Shown here in pieces: positions 1 through 10,332 of a stretch of DNA of 64,000 nt (positions are counted from its first letter, which is position 1; each line of letters begins with the position of its first letter). Under the pieces are notes generated by a model. It ran no database searches. It worked only from the letters and a program-made list of their open reading frames with translations, and was not told the DNA's origin. Both the position numbers and the translations under genes were made by a program. Source of the DNA: Flavobacteriales bacterium (lineage in GTDB: Bacteria > Bacteroidota > Bacteroidia > UBA10329); NCBI GenBank assembly GCA_016124845.1, contig WGMW01000009.1, positions 149,624 through 213,623 of the forward strand, read 5' to 3'.

Positions 1-708
1 GAACTGAACATTCGCTTCCAGAAAATATCTTCCAGTGTTCTTCTTTCGGCATCGTTCTGACGATTGAAAACCTCAGCACTTGCAAAGATGTTTCTTGCTT
101 CAGGGAAATACACCCAGAACATCGGCTCTTTACCACGAATCTCTCCTGTTGTTCTGTCGATATTGTCAGCTACAGGCTGGATACCGATGATACGAACATC
201 CAACACGGATCGCTGTCGGTCGAAGAACCAATCCTCCTTTAGACGAACTTCTTTGACGTTCGCAGGGTCGAATTCCTCCTCGATCACGGTCATCTGCAAA
301 TCGTATGGAGGATCTGGACTCTCGATATACTGCGTATCAATGAAGCTCAACTTACGCTCAATTTCCGCCTTGGTCAAAGTCATTGTGAACTCGTCATCCA
401 AAGGATCGTAGGCAGTCAGACTACCTTCACGAACCGCTTCGATAATAACCTGAGTCAAACTCCTACGATTCTTAATTGGCTCCGTAGGGTAATACAATGG
501 AAGATTCATCTTCTCCCTCAGATCAAGCTTACGCCAAATACGAGTTGCCCACATGACATCCGCTTCTCGCAAGTGCGTGTAAGGGATGACCTTTCTTGTA
601 GGGTAATGTTCTTTTACATAAACACCATCCAGTACATTCTGAGCAGTAGCGTTCATGGAACCCACGGCACCGAACGCAATCGTCAATATGATGAGCAACT
701 TTTTCATG
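1..708 (-). CDS. gldN: Gliding motility / T9SS protein GldN (PorN), N-terminal 236 codons; 3' end lies beyond the window start
   Basis: Reverse-complement reading from 708 gives MKKLLIILTIAFGAVGS... with a signal peptide, in frame to position 1. It sits directly downstream of gldM in the conserved gldKLMN order. The + strand ORF 64..411 is its shadow. Confidence 0.8.
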
Positions 709-740
709 GCATTTGCTTTTTGAGTTTTACCTCCAGCCTA

Positions 741-2363
741 TCAATTTAGTTTCAAACTGACAGGAGATAGTTTCTTAGGAGTAACGCCAGCAGCAGGTCG
801 ATTATTTTCATCAAGCATTACTGCTGATATATTTTCGATATAGACCCTTGAACCTTTCTTAAGTCTCTTGATCTGATCCAAATCCCCATCAGGAATTCTA
901 CTTCCTGTAACAGGTTTTGTTATCAAATCCGTTCCTACCTGATAAACAAGGTCAAACTTGGTTACTTGGAAGAACAACTCGAAATCGAAGTTCTGCATCT
1001 TAGGAATTACCGTAGGAGCCGCAGCCAATCGGTTTGCAGAAACAAGTCCTTCTTCAACGCCAGCAATCGTAGCTACCGGTGGTGGCACGTCTTTAACACG
1101 GAACTTGAAATCCCCCATTGGACGTACTTTACCTCCAATCTCGGCACTAACCTTTACGATGGCCTCGCTACCGCCTTTTACTTCGGCAATGTAGTTACCC
1201 TTTCCCTCCTTTCGGTCTGGAGAAAGCGTACCTCCTGATAGAGATGGCTTAACCAATTCAGGCGCTACACCTGGGACCGATATTGAAATTGGGTTTTTAA
1301 CTCCTCGGTAAAGTACATTCATCTTGGTTGGTGAGACAACGACACCTGACTTCATAACCATGTACTCTCCCTCGAATGGTCGGTTGATGAATGCACCGGA
1401 AGGAGCTTTCACACGAATTACACCTGAATACTTCTGAACACCTTCACCAGATGCTTTGACAGTATAGACACCAACTCCTCTATCCACCACAACGGATGTG
1501 CTGTCGATCGGCCCTACGATCTCGTCTTTAGTTGTATCAACTTTACCCAAGTAGACGTCAGGATTCTGAGTAGTACTGAACGCAGCTACAAAAATCTCAG
1601 CTTTATACTCGTCTCCTTGAAAAACCAAATTTGGAGCAATGATCTTCGCAGCAAGTGTATCGAATTTGAAGTCACTCGCATCAACCTGACGAAACAGTTC
1701 ATTGACAATATCAGCCTCCACATTCATTACGTCACTTTCCAACTTGCTAAGAATAGTCAAGCTACCGGCCGCCACAGTATGATAAAAATTCTCGTTTTCC
1801 CACGAATCGATGTCCTTATCACTCTTATCCTCGGTGTCAATGTGAATTTTAACCGCGCCTTTCGATTCGGCCGGAAGCAATTCTTCCATTCTGGACTTGA
1901 ACTCCTCAAGCTTTGCTTTTAGCTCAGATGCTCTTGCTCCTCGGCCGTCCACTTTTTCTCCACACATCAAGCGAGTGGGAGTGTCGTAGTCGTCCTTCTT
2001 CTGCATGTACTCTAACGTCAAGGTATCAGCAACCTCCCTTGGGATTTGATCTACCTTCATCTTCATAAGAACCTTGGTCGAGTCCAAATATGTGAGCATT
2101 TCCTGCGCATATTTCTTTGCCTCGTAGGCTTTATTCCAATAAGGAGTAACCTTATCTGGGTTGTTGCTCTTTGCACGATCGAAAGAGGCATATGCCATTT
2201 CAGTCTTATTGTGAAAGCCAATGTTCGTCAACTCGATACCATCGTTTACCACCACAAAGGCTTCCAAGATGTCCTTGGATACGTTCAGTGCCAAGAGCGC
2301 TGTAAGTACCAAGTACATCATCCCAATCATTTTCTGTCTTGGGGTTTCTTTTCCTCCTGCCAT
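741..2363 (-). CDS. gldM: Gliding motility / T9SS protein GldM (PorM)
   Basis: 540 aa with an N-terminal TM helix (MIGMMYLVLTALLALNV) and a long periplasmic region, typical GldM architecture. Position between gldL and gldN. Confidence 0.88.
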   Translation of the reverse strand: MAGGKETPRQKMIGMMYLVLTALLALNVSKDILEAFVVVNDGIELTNIGFHNKTEMAYASFDRAKSNNPDKVTPYWNKAYEAKKYAQEMLTYLDSTKVLMKMKVDQIPREVADTLTLEYMQKKDDYDTPTRLMCGEKVDGRGARASELKAKLEEFKSRMEELLPAESKGAVKIHIDTEDKSDKDIDSWENENFYHTVAAGSLTILSKLESDVMNVEADIVNELFRQVDASDFKFDTLAAKIIAPNLVFQGDEYKAEIFVAAFSTTQNPDVYLGKVDTTKDEIVGPIDSTSVVVDRGVGVYTVKASGEGVQKYSGVIRVKAPSGAFINRPFEGEYMVMKSGVVVSPTKMNVLYRGVKNPISISVPGVAPELVKPSLSGGTLSPDRKEGKGNYIAEVKGGSEAIVKVSAEIGGKVRPMGDFKFRVKDVPPPVATIAGVEEGLVSANRLAAAPTVIPKMQNFDFELFFQVTKFDLVYQVGTDLITKPVTGSRIPDGDLDQIKRLKKGSRVYIENISAVMLDENNRPAAGVTPKKLSPVSLKLN

Positions 2364-2415
2364 TTTCTAAATCAGTTCAGATTTTCGTTTGAATTAATTA
2401 TGAAAAGAATCGTCC

Positions 2416-3198
2416 TTAGGAACGATTCATAGCAGAAAGCATGTTTCCGTAAACAGTATTGAGGGCGCTGATATTCTGAGCCAACTGAGAAACTTCCTCC
2501 TTGTACTTACGGGCATCATCTACCGAATCGTTCAACGTACCCATCAGTTCACCCATACCAGCATAAAGTGAATCGGATGATTCCAAGAATTGCTTAGTAC
2601 CCTGCAATTGGAGTTCGTACTGCGAATTCAACTGAGTAATATTCTCAGCCATTTTCTTCATTTCAGAACCAAAATCAACTCCGTCACCATCTACAACCAT
2701 GGCACCCAGAGACGCACTTGCCTTCATGTAAGCGTCCGACAGACTTCCAACTGTCTCAGCAGCCTTCTTCACATTACCAACATATTCTTCCGTGGCAACC
2801 GATGCGTTTGTAATATCGCTCATCTTGGAAACATTTTCGCCAAGCGAACGAAGGTTATTGCCAAGACTTTCTATCAACTCAGGCCCGATCTTCGCGTCTT
2901 CAAGCAAGTTGTCCAACTCTTGAGACGGGGAAAGACCAGCATTTCCTTTTCCGCCACCTTCGCCACCTTCACCTGGAAGACCTGCCAACTCTGGATAAAC
3001 AAGGCTCCAATCTGGTTCCTCATGTGGTTTTTCGAAAGCAGAAAAGAAGAAAATGACCGCTTCAGTAGAAAGACCTACCGTAAGCATGATACCCGCACCT
3101 GGCCAGTGCTGAATTTTAAACAATGCCCCAACAATTACGATTGCCGCTCCGAAGCCATAGAGCTTCGCCATAAAACTTTTCCACTTTTTCCCCTGCAT
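2416..3198 (-). CDS. gldL: Gliding motility / T9SS protein GldL (PorL)
   Basis: 260 aa. The N-terminus MAKLYGFGAAIVIVGALFKIQHWPGAG with two TM helices is the characteristic GldL start. A Gly/Glu-rich linker follows. Confidence 0.88.
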   Translation of the reverse strand: MQGKKWKSFMAKLYGFGAAIVIVGALFKIQHWPGAGIMLTVGLSTEAVIFFFSAFEKPHEEPDWSLVYPELAGLPGEGGEGGGKGNAGLSPSQELDNLLEDAKIGPELIESLGNNLRSLGENVSKMSDITNASVATEEYVGNVKKAAETVGSLSDAYMKASASLGAMVVDGDGVDFGSEMKKMAENITQLNSQYELQLQGTKQFLESSDSLYAGMGELMGTLNDSVDDARKYKEEVSQLAQNISALNTVYGNMLSAMNRS

Positions 3199-3248
3199 GA
3201 TTTAAAGTAATAGATTAATAATTGATTTGGTTTTAACTCTTAAACAGA

Positions 3249-4520
3249 TTAGAAATCGGCCTTGTCTCTTCCAAGGAATTCCATTACACAACGGAAACCA
3301 ACATAGCACTTGGCCGTATCTTGATATTCGTAGGTTCTTGTTCCTGTTTGGATATAATAACCGATATCCTTCCATGAACCGCCACGGATAACTTTTCTTT
3401 TTAGTGAAGGAGGATCTGAATCCTTGGCTTCGTAATAATAGTCAGGATTGAGGTCGTGCGTAAAACTGAATGCACTTTCGTCATAAGCATTCTTGGTCCA
3501 CTCGGCAACGTTTCCGGACATACAATAGAGACCATAATCGTTCGGTGCATAACGATACACCTTCACCGTATGGAAACCACCATCTGCCACATAATTTCCT
3601 CGAAGTGGCTTGTAGTTGGCCAAGAAGCATCCTCTACTGTTTCTGATATATGGCCCACCCCAAGGATAAGGTGACAGGTCGAGACCTCCACGCGAAGCGT
3701 ACTCCCATTCAGATTCCGTAGGCAATCTGAAGTCTTGTACGAAAGTCTCATCATTGTGCGCCAACCAGCTGTTCAGCAACTGCGTTCTCCATATACAGAA
3801 TGCGCGAGCCTGCTTCCAAGTAACACCAACAACAGGATAATCATCGTAAGCTGGATGCCAGAAATACATCTTGGTCATCGGCTCATTGAATGAATACGTG
3901 AAATCGTGAATCCATGCCAGCGTGTCGGGATAGACATTAATGATATCCCTCTTGATAAACACCGAACGATCTTTCATACCCTGCTCACGATTCTCCTTTC
4001 TTGCTGCTTCCTTCAGATCGATCCAGAAGTACTCGAAATTCAGTTTTCGTGTATCAATCTCCCTTCTTCTGTAGAAACGCTCATGTTCTGGAAGGTACAT
4101 TTCTTCCAAAACCTCCATCATTTCCTCGTCATCGTACTCGATGTACTCATCCCAATTGATTCGCTCACCGTACTCTCCTTCTTCGAGCAAGTGATCTTCG
4201 CCAATCAGCAAATGTGCTATGGAGTCGCGAACCCAATAGACAAACTGTCGATATTCATTATTGGTGATCTCGGTCTCGTCCATATAAAACGCCTGGACAG
4301 AGACGGTCTTGGCCTGAGACGTAATAGCATACGGGACATCTTGATCGCTTGGCCCCATATTGTAACTTCCCATTGGGATAAAGAGCATACCATATGGATC
4401 ATCCATATACCATTCTTCTCTTCCCTGCACTCCAACCAACTGGCCCCGACCGTAGTTTCCACAACTTGTGAAACTACTTACGCCAGCTGCCACTAACAAC
4501 AACATAAGCAGCTTTTTCAT
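3249..4520 (-). CDS. gldK: Gliding motility / T9SS lipoprotein GldK (PorK), formylglycine-generating-enzyme (SUMF1) fold
   Basis: The ORF track extends to 4637, but the lipoprotein signal MKKLLMLLLVAAGVSSFTSC starts at 4520. The body has the FGE-sulfatase-like sequence typical of GldK/PorK. Confidence 0.85.
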   Translation of the reverse strand: MKKLLMLLLVAAGVSSFTSCGNYGRGQLVGVQGREEWYMDDPYGMLFIPMGSYNMGPSDQDVPYAITSQAKTVSVQAFYMDETEITNNEYRQFVYWVRDSIAHLLIGEDHLLEEGEYGERINWDEYIEYDDEEMMEVLEEMYLPEHERFYRRREIDTRKLNFEYFWIDLKEAARKENREQGMKDRSVFIKRDIINVYPDTLAWIHDFTYSFNEPMTKMYFWHPAYDDYPVVGVTWKQARAFCIWRTQLLNSWLAHNDETFVQDFRLPTESEWEYASRGGLDLSPYPWGGPYIRNSRGCFLANYKPLRGNYVADGGFHTVKVYRYAPNDYGLYCMSGNVAEWTKNAYDESAFSFTHDLNPDYYYEAKDSDPPSLKRKVIRGGSWKDIGYYIQTGTRTYEYQDTAKCYVGFRCVMEFLGRDKADF

Positions 4521-4700
4521 GGTATTTCCTTTTGATATGGAAGGCATAGGGAACGTGCCCACCATATTGGTTAAGATCGTTTGAATAAACTGTTTCGCAA
4601 TTGACATCCCTAAAACTTTTTCCCAATCAACCCGCATCGATCAGGTCCGGCCATGCTTTAACGAAACTTTTTTTCAAATGTTGCAAAGAATGATTTCTGA

Positions 4701-5636
4701 TTAGAGGAAACGAACGTTTCTGTAACGCTGATTTGCCACAGGAGACTTCAACTTGTAGCAGTATCCCAACATGATCTCGTGGCTTCCGCTGCTGTACTTA
4801 TTAAGACCAGAAGTTGTAATATCATACGAGTATCCTACGCGGAATTGCTTGATCTGCACACCTGCCATGACACCAACTGCGTCATCGATTCGGTAAGAAA
4901 CACCAGCCCAAACCATGTTTCTCCAAAGAGCACGCACGTTGATATCGAACTGTACTGAAGCAGCATCGGTCTTCAAGAAAATAGATGGATTCAGAGCCCA
5001 GTCTGGATTTGGCAAATGCCAAGTATAACCCGCCATTGCGTAATAGTGACGGGCAACTGTATACTTGCTCAACGTTGAACCTTGCTCGAACTTGATGGTT
5101 GGTCCAATCAAGTGATTCGCAGATATACCTGCATAAAGATTATCTGTATGATAGTAAACACCTACACCAAGATCAGGAGCGATTCCGCTTGACTTTGAAT
5201 TAACGATGTTCGGATCTCCTTCTTGAATTGGATCCAACTGAGAACCATCCAACGTGTTGTAGAGGAAGCCCACATCAACCCCAACACCAATGGTTCCAGG
5301 GCCGAGTGTATGACGATATGCATAAGACAGTTTGACACCGCCCGAGTACTGAGCACCCAATTTATCAGACAAGATAGAGATACCAACACCACCATGAAGC
5401 ACCTTCACGGTACCATCAACGTTGATCAGTGTTGTAATAGGACGGCCATTGAAGCCCACCCATTGCTGACGATGCAAAGCATTTGCACAAATACCGTTAT
5501 TGCTACCCGCATAACCAGCATTTGCATAAAGCCTATTGAACATGTTCATGGTCAACTGCGGGTCTTGCTGTGCAAAAACCGTTGTTCCGATGAAAAGTAG
5601 TGCCAATGAAGCGACAACAGTAAAAGTCTTTTTCAT
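4701..5636 (-). CDS. porP: Type IX secretion system membrane protein PorP/SprF family
   Basis: 311 aa with a signal peptide. The N-terminal QDPQLTMNMFNRLYANAGYAG... motif and beta-barrel character match PorP/SprF. It lies immediately upstream of gldK, as in porPKLMN. Confidence 0.8.
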   Translation of the reverse strand: MKKTFTVVASLALLFIGTTVFAQQDPQLTMNMFNRLYANAGYAGSNNGICANALHRQQWVGFNGRPITTLINVDGTVKVLHGGVGISILSDKLGAQYSGGVKLSYAYRHTLGPGTIGVGVDVGFLYNTLDGSQLDPIQEGDPNIVNSKSSGIAPDLGVGVYYHTDNLYAGISANHLIGPTIKFEQGSTLSKYTVARHYYAMAGYTWHLPNPDWALNPSIFLKTDAASVQFDINVRALWRNMVWAGVSYRIDDAVGVMAGVQIKQFRVGYSYDITTSGLNKYSSGSHEIMLGYCYKLKSPVANQRYRNVRFL

Positions 5637-5797
5637 ATCAAAGTAGTTCGATTTCCTTCTTTTTCCCTTTAAATCTTGAATTTTCAGTCCTTTTTCAAGA
5701 AGCGGCTAAGTAAACAAATATTTCAATCATCATCAAGACGCCTCTACGATAAATCGACTAAAAACACATACAAACAGCAAAATTCTAAAGACCCAGG

Positions 5798-6970
5798 TCA
5801 ACCAAGCTTCTGAAAAGTTTGCCACCAACGGTCTGGAATTTCGTCTTCGCAGGCCCGAAGATAATCATCATAAGTACATGGCACCATAAAGTGTCGCTCA
5901 TATTTCTTTCCGCGTTGCGAAGGATATGGCACCTCCATCCACCAGCGGTCACTTCTCGGGCTCTTGTAAAACACTACATCATACTTTCCGTCTCCCAGCG
6001 TGACGGTGTACTTGGTGTATTCACTCTTATCTGCAAACGGATAATCCTTTTTGCGTTTGTAAACGCCCCAAATGAAATACCACAACATTTGGGCAATCAG
6101 GTTTGCCGATCGTTCATCTCCAGCAACAAGATCGGAATTGTAAATACCGAAAGAGGTCAATTTATCGCTCAGACCCGCGTAGCGGGAAATGGCACATATC
6201 TGCTCTCCGTAAAAGCCGTTGGGCTCTTTTAGTGGGTTCAAAGGGAGATCTGAACTTCTGATTGAGGTAAGGTCGATACTTACAATATCTGCATTGCGCA
6301 CAACGGGCTCCACCGTTTCCAATCCCGTTTGAACCTCTCCCAGACGATAGATGTCAAAATACATCTTGTGCAACAGGTCGACCTCGGTCTCCAGCACATG
6401 ATGCGTTTGATATCCGAGATTGCTATAGTTGAAAAGAATGTTCGGTTGGTGAAGAATGATCTTTTGTAGAAAACGAGAAGCGTGAAGTTCGTCTTCCGCA
6501 TCTCCAAGGTCGAACCGCGAATCGACCGTCACCAAGTTGACAACCTGTTCCAACTTCTCGTAAGCGAGATAATTGGCCAATGTAAGATCTTGACTTCCAC
6601 CAAGCACAACGGCCAAGCCGCCTTGCCTCACAATGGAAGCCACCGCGTTGGTAACCGCGTAATAGGTATCTCCAACTGTTTCTCCTGGTCCAATGTTTCC
6701 GAGGTCGGTAATTCTAAGCGAACCGAAATGGTGTTTCAACCCATAAAGTTTCTCACGGATGAGCTGAATTCCACTTCCATTCGAATTCGGATCATCAGAA
6801 TTCCTGCTTTCAACAACACCGAAGAGTACAACCGTACCTTTTTCAATCTCAGGAAACTCACTTCCTATTGTGAATGCTGAGACATTCGCTCCCAATGTTC
6901 CATTGTCATGTTCGGCCAGAAGGTCTGGCGACAACGGCTCGAAGAACATGGCAATATCGGACACCATCAT
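5798..6970 (-). CDS. Arginase/agmatinase/formiminoglutamase family metallohydrolase
   Basis: 390 aa. The DxHxD-like and SxDxDxxDP-like (SIDLTSIRSSD) motifs are typical of the ureohydrolase family. Confidence 0.6.
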   Translation of the reverse strand: MMVSDIAMFFEPLSPDLLAEHDNGTLGANVSAFTIGSEFPEIEKGTVVLFGVVESRNSDDPNSNGSGIQLIREKLYGLKHHFGSLRITDLGNIGPGETVGDTYYAVTNAVASIVRQGGLAVVLGGSQDLTLANYLAYEKLEQVVNLVTVDSRFDLGDAEDELHASRFLQKIILHQPNILFNYSNLGYQTHHVLETEVDLLHKMYFDIYRLGEVQTGLETVEPVVRNADIVSIDLTSIRSSDLPLNPLKEPNGFYGEQICAISRYAGLSDKLTSFGIYNSDLVAGDERSANLIAQMLWYFIWGVYKRKKDYPFADKSEYTKYTVTLGDGKYDVVFYKSPRSDRWWMEVPYPSQRGKKYERHFMVPCTYDDYLRACEDEIPDRWWQTFQKLG

Positions 6971-9270
6971 TTTCTTGATCGAGCGGTACGCTTAGGCTTA
7001 TCGCCCTGCTTGGAGATGATCTCTTTACAATCCTCCAAACTCAATGATTCGGGCTCTGTTCCTTTCGGGATCTTGTAGTTCTTTTTCCCTCTTGATATAT
7101 ACGGTCCGTAACGGCCGTTCTTTACCTGTATCACTTCGCCATCATCCTGAAACTCGCTGATGAGCATCTTTTCCATCTGCTCTCGCTTCTGCAGGATCAG
7201 TTTCACAGCCGTTTCCTTGTCAACCGTCATCGGGTCTTCCTCTCCCAGCGAAACATAGGACTTGCCATGACGAACGTACGGGCCGTACTTGCCAATACCG
7301 ATTGTCAACTTTTCCCCTTCAAACTCACCGATCTCACGCGGTAATTTGAAGAGATCGAGCGCTTCCTCAAGCGACACGTCATCCATACTTTGGCCTGGCT
7401 GAAGACTTGCGAATTTGGGTTTTTCCTCATTGTCCGCTTCCCCGATCTGCACCATTGGCCCAAAACGTCCTAAGCGGGCGTACACGTTCCTTCCAGATGC
7501 AGGATCAACGCCAAGCAAACGTTCACCAGTTGCCTTCTTCGAATTCTTCTCCGTATCAACCGTGGTTTCATGGAACGGTCGGTAGAATGAATCGATCATC
7601 GCAGTCCATTCATTCTGATTGCTGGCAATGTCATCAAACTCCTTCTCTACTTGGGCCGTGAAGTTGTAATCGAGGATGTCCGTAAAATTCTCAACCAAAA
7701 AGTCGGTGACGACCTTTCCAATATCTGTTGGAAACAACTTGGCCTTTTCTGCACCTGTGATCTCGGTCTTGGTCTCTTCTTTCAGGGCATTTTTGGAAAG
7801 AAGAATGTAGCCATACTCGCGCTCCTGACCAGGACGGTTCTCCTTCACCACATAATTCCTCTTTATAATGGTATTGATGGTTGGTGCATAAGTTGATGGA
7901 CGACCAATTCCGAGATCCTCCAATTTCTTCACAAGGCTCGCTTCTGTGTAGCGCGGTGGAGGCGAGCTGAAACGCTCAATTCCTTCAATCCTGTCGGCAT
8001 CCAAACTTTGGCCCACTGACATCGGAGGCAGAATTCCTTTTGCATCCTCCGTCTCATCATCGGTTCCTTCCATATATACTTTCAGGAATCCATCGAATTT
8101 GATGACCTCGCCTTGCGCTTGAAATTCCAGTTCGGACGTGGAAACCGAAATGCTCACATTGGTCCGTTCCAGCTGCGCATCTTCCATCTGCGATGCGATG
8201 GTACGCTTCCAGATGAGATCGTACAGACGCTGATGCGAAGCGTCTCCTTTTATGTTCTGGTTAGACATATATGTAGGTCGAATGGCCTCGTGTGCTTCCT
8301 GAGCCCCTTTTGCCTTCGAGCTGTATTTCCGCGTTTTGCAATAATTCTCCCCGTAAAGTTTCGTGATCTCTTCACGGGCGGTGTTCAATGCAAGGTCAGA
8401 CAGATTGACGCTGTCCGTTCTCATGTACGTGATCAACCCCTGTTCGTACAGGTCTTGAGCCAACTTCATGGTTCGCGTTACACCGTAACCGAGTTTACGG
8501 CTTGCCTCCTGTTGCAACGTGGAAGTAGTGAACGGAGCTGCAGGTGTTCGCTTGCCTGGTTTGGTCTGAAGGTCTTTCACCTTGTAAGCCGCATCCCGAC
8601 AATTTTTGATAAATGCCAACGCTTCTTCCTTCGTGTCGAAACGTTTTGAAAGTTCTGCTTTCAACTCTGTTCCATTTACCACGAAATACCCGTTGATTCG
8701 GTAGGATGAAACCGCGTTAAAACCTTCAATTTCTCGCTCTCGCTCAACAATCAACCTCACGGAAACCGATTGAACGCGACCTGCGGAAAGATTCGGTTTC
8801 ACCTTTTTCCAAAGCACAGGCGAAAGCTCGTAACCTACCAATCGGTCCAGAATTCTACGCGCCTGTTGGGCGTTCACCAGGTCATCATTCAGCGTGCGCG
8901 GATTTTCAACTGCGTTGAGAATAGCAGATTTCGTGATCTCGTTGAAAACGATGCGCTTGGTCTTTTCCTTCGGGATCTTGAGCTCATCATATAAATGCCA
9001 AGCGATGGCCTCTCCCTCACGGTCCTCATCCGATGCCAACCAGACAACATCCGCCTCTCCACTCAACTTCTTCAATTCCTTGACCACCGCCTTCTTGTCA
9101 TCGGGCACAATATATTTCGGCCTGTAGTTGTTTTCGATGTCGATGCCCAGCTCCTTTTTAGGAAGGTCTCGGATATGGCCGAAGCTGGATTTCACGGTGA
9201 AATCCTTTCCAAGGAAACCTTCGATGGTTTTTGCTTTTGCGGGCGACTCAACAATTACAAGATTCTTCAT
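6967..9270 (-). CDS. topA: DNA topoisomerase I
   Basis: MKNLVIVESPAKAKTIEGFLG... is the TOPRIM N-terminus, and C-terminal zinc-ribbon-like repeats are present. The ORF track start at 9291 adds 7 codons. The gene overlaps the downstream gene by 4 nt. Confidence 0.93.
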   Translation of the reverse strand: MKNLVIVESPAKAKTIEGFLGKDFTVKSSFGHIRDLPKKELGIDIENNYRPKYIVPDDKKAVVKELKKLSGEADVVWLASDEDREGEAIAWHLYDELKIPKEKTKRIVFNEITKSAILNAVENPRTLNDDLVNAQQARRILDRLVGYELSPVLWKKVKPNLSAGRVQSVSVRLIVEREREIEGFNAVSSYRINGYFVVNGTELKAELSKRFDTKEEALAFIKNCRDAAYKVKDLQTKPGKRTPAAPFTTSTLQQEASRKLGYGVTRTMKLAQDLYEQGLITYMRTDSVNLSDLALNTAREEITKLYGENYCKTRKYSSKAKGAQEAHEAIRPTYMSNQNIKGDASHQRLYDLIWKRTIASQMEDAQLERTNVSISVSTSELEFQAQGEVIKFDGFLKVYMEGTDDETEDAKGILPPMSVGQSLDADRIEGIERFSSPPPRYTEASLVKKLEDLGIGRPSTYAPTINTIIKRNYVVKENRPGQEREYGYILLSKNALKEETKTEITGAEKAKLFPTDIGKVVTDFLVENFTDILDYNFTAQVEKEFDDIASNQNEWTAMIDSFYRPFHETTVDTEKNSKKATGERLLGVDPASGRNVYARLGRFGPMVQIGEADNEEKPKFASLQPGQSMDDVSLEEALDLFKLPREIGEFEGEKLTIGIGKYGPYVRHGKSYVSLGEEDPMTVDKETAVKLILQKREQMEKMLISEFQDDGEVIQVKNGRYGPYISRGKKNYKIPKGTEPESLSLEDCKEIISKQGDKPKRTARSRK

Positions 9271-9333
9271 TCTGTCCGTTTGGGTACTCAATTTTGGGCA
9301 ACAAAGAAAGCCAAATATTGAAAGTTCGAGCCG

Positions 9334-10332
9334 TTACGGAGAAACCTGAGGAAGTGTTACTGTGAATCTGGTGCCTTTTGGATGATTGTCTGAAACTGTG
9401 ATGCGACCACCGTGTTTTTCTACCAGAAGTTTTACCAGATAGAGTCCGATGCCTGTTCCTTTTGTCTTACGCACATCTTCATTTCCCCTTCGGTAGAATC
9501 GTTCGAAAACCTTCTGCTTGTCCTCATCAGGAATTCCTGAACCTTCGTCTGACACTTCCAATTTGATGGCGTTCGCATCTTTCAAAACGGACACCTCTAC
9601 TGCGCTTCCCTCTCCATATTTAATGGCATTGCCGATCAGATTGGTCAAAATGATCTGCATGGCCATTTCATCAGCATCCACCAAAATATTTTCGGTAGTA
9701 TTCAATTGTATACGTCCCGCATCTATTTCTGAAACGAACGCAGATCTGAGGATCCCTTGCACGAAGTTGTTCAGGTCGAATTTCTTCTTTTCCAACGGCA
9801 GCCCACCCGACTCGACCTTATTCACAAGAAGTAGGCTTTCCACCAGTTTCTCCAATCGGTCGGCATCACTCAATGCGCGTTTATAAATGGTAGAACGTTT
9901 CTCTTCATCCAAACTGCGCGATTGCAGGGTTTGCAACTGCAGTTTGATGGCGGCCAGAGGCGATTTCAACTCGTGTGTAATGGAAAGCAGAAAATTCTTC
10001 TGCTGCTCGGCCACGGCCAATTCCTTGGCAATACTTCTTCTTACCGACCAAAATCCCAAAAGCAGGATGGAAACGAAAACAGCTCCTTCTCCCAGCACCA
10101 TCCAAATACGGAGCGCGAGTTTTTCGTCCAGTTCCCCTTTTCGAATGAGAAATTCGGGGCCAATACTTTCTGTGACCGAAAGAAGTTCCAGTTTCAGCTG
10201 GTAGATCTCTGCATTGAGGTTGACGAGCATGTATGCCCACCATGCAAACTGAGCGAGCACATAAAAACCGAGAAGATAGATGACAAGCCCTTTGGGAGCT
10301 TTTTGCTGGAGTTTGAATAACCAGTTCTGCAT
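9334..10332 (-). CDS. Sensor histidine kinase (classical HisKA + HATPase_c), membrane-anchored
   Basis: N-terminal TM helices, an H-box ITHELKSPLAAI, an N-box and a G-box (GTGIGLYLVK). Confidence 0.85.
   Translation of the reverse strand: MQNWLFKLQQKAPKGLVIYLLGFYVLAQFAWWAYMLVNLNAEIYQLKLELLSVTESIGPEFLIRKGELDEKLALRIWMVLGEGAVFVSILLLGFWSVRRSIAKELAVAEQQKNFLLSITHELKSPLAAIKLQLQTLQSRSLDEEKRSTIYKRALSDADRLEKLVESLLLVNKVESGGLPLEKKKFDLNNFVQGILRSAFVSEIDAGRIQLNTTENILVDADEMAMQIILTNLIGNAIKYGEGSAVEVSVLKDANAIKLEVSDEGSGIPDEDKQKVFERFYRRGNEDVRKTKGTGIGLYLVKLLVEKHGGRITVSDNHPKGTRFTVTLPQVSP

Noticed and set aside
64-411. 115-aa plus-strand ORF at the window start
   Set aside because: It is antisense to the well-supported gldN N-terminal coding region (MKKLLIIL… read from 708 downward) and has no features of its own.
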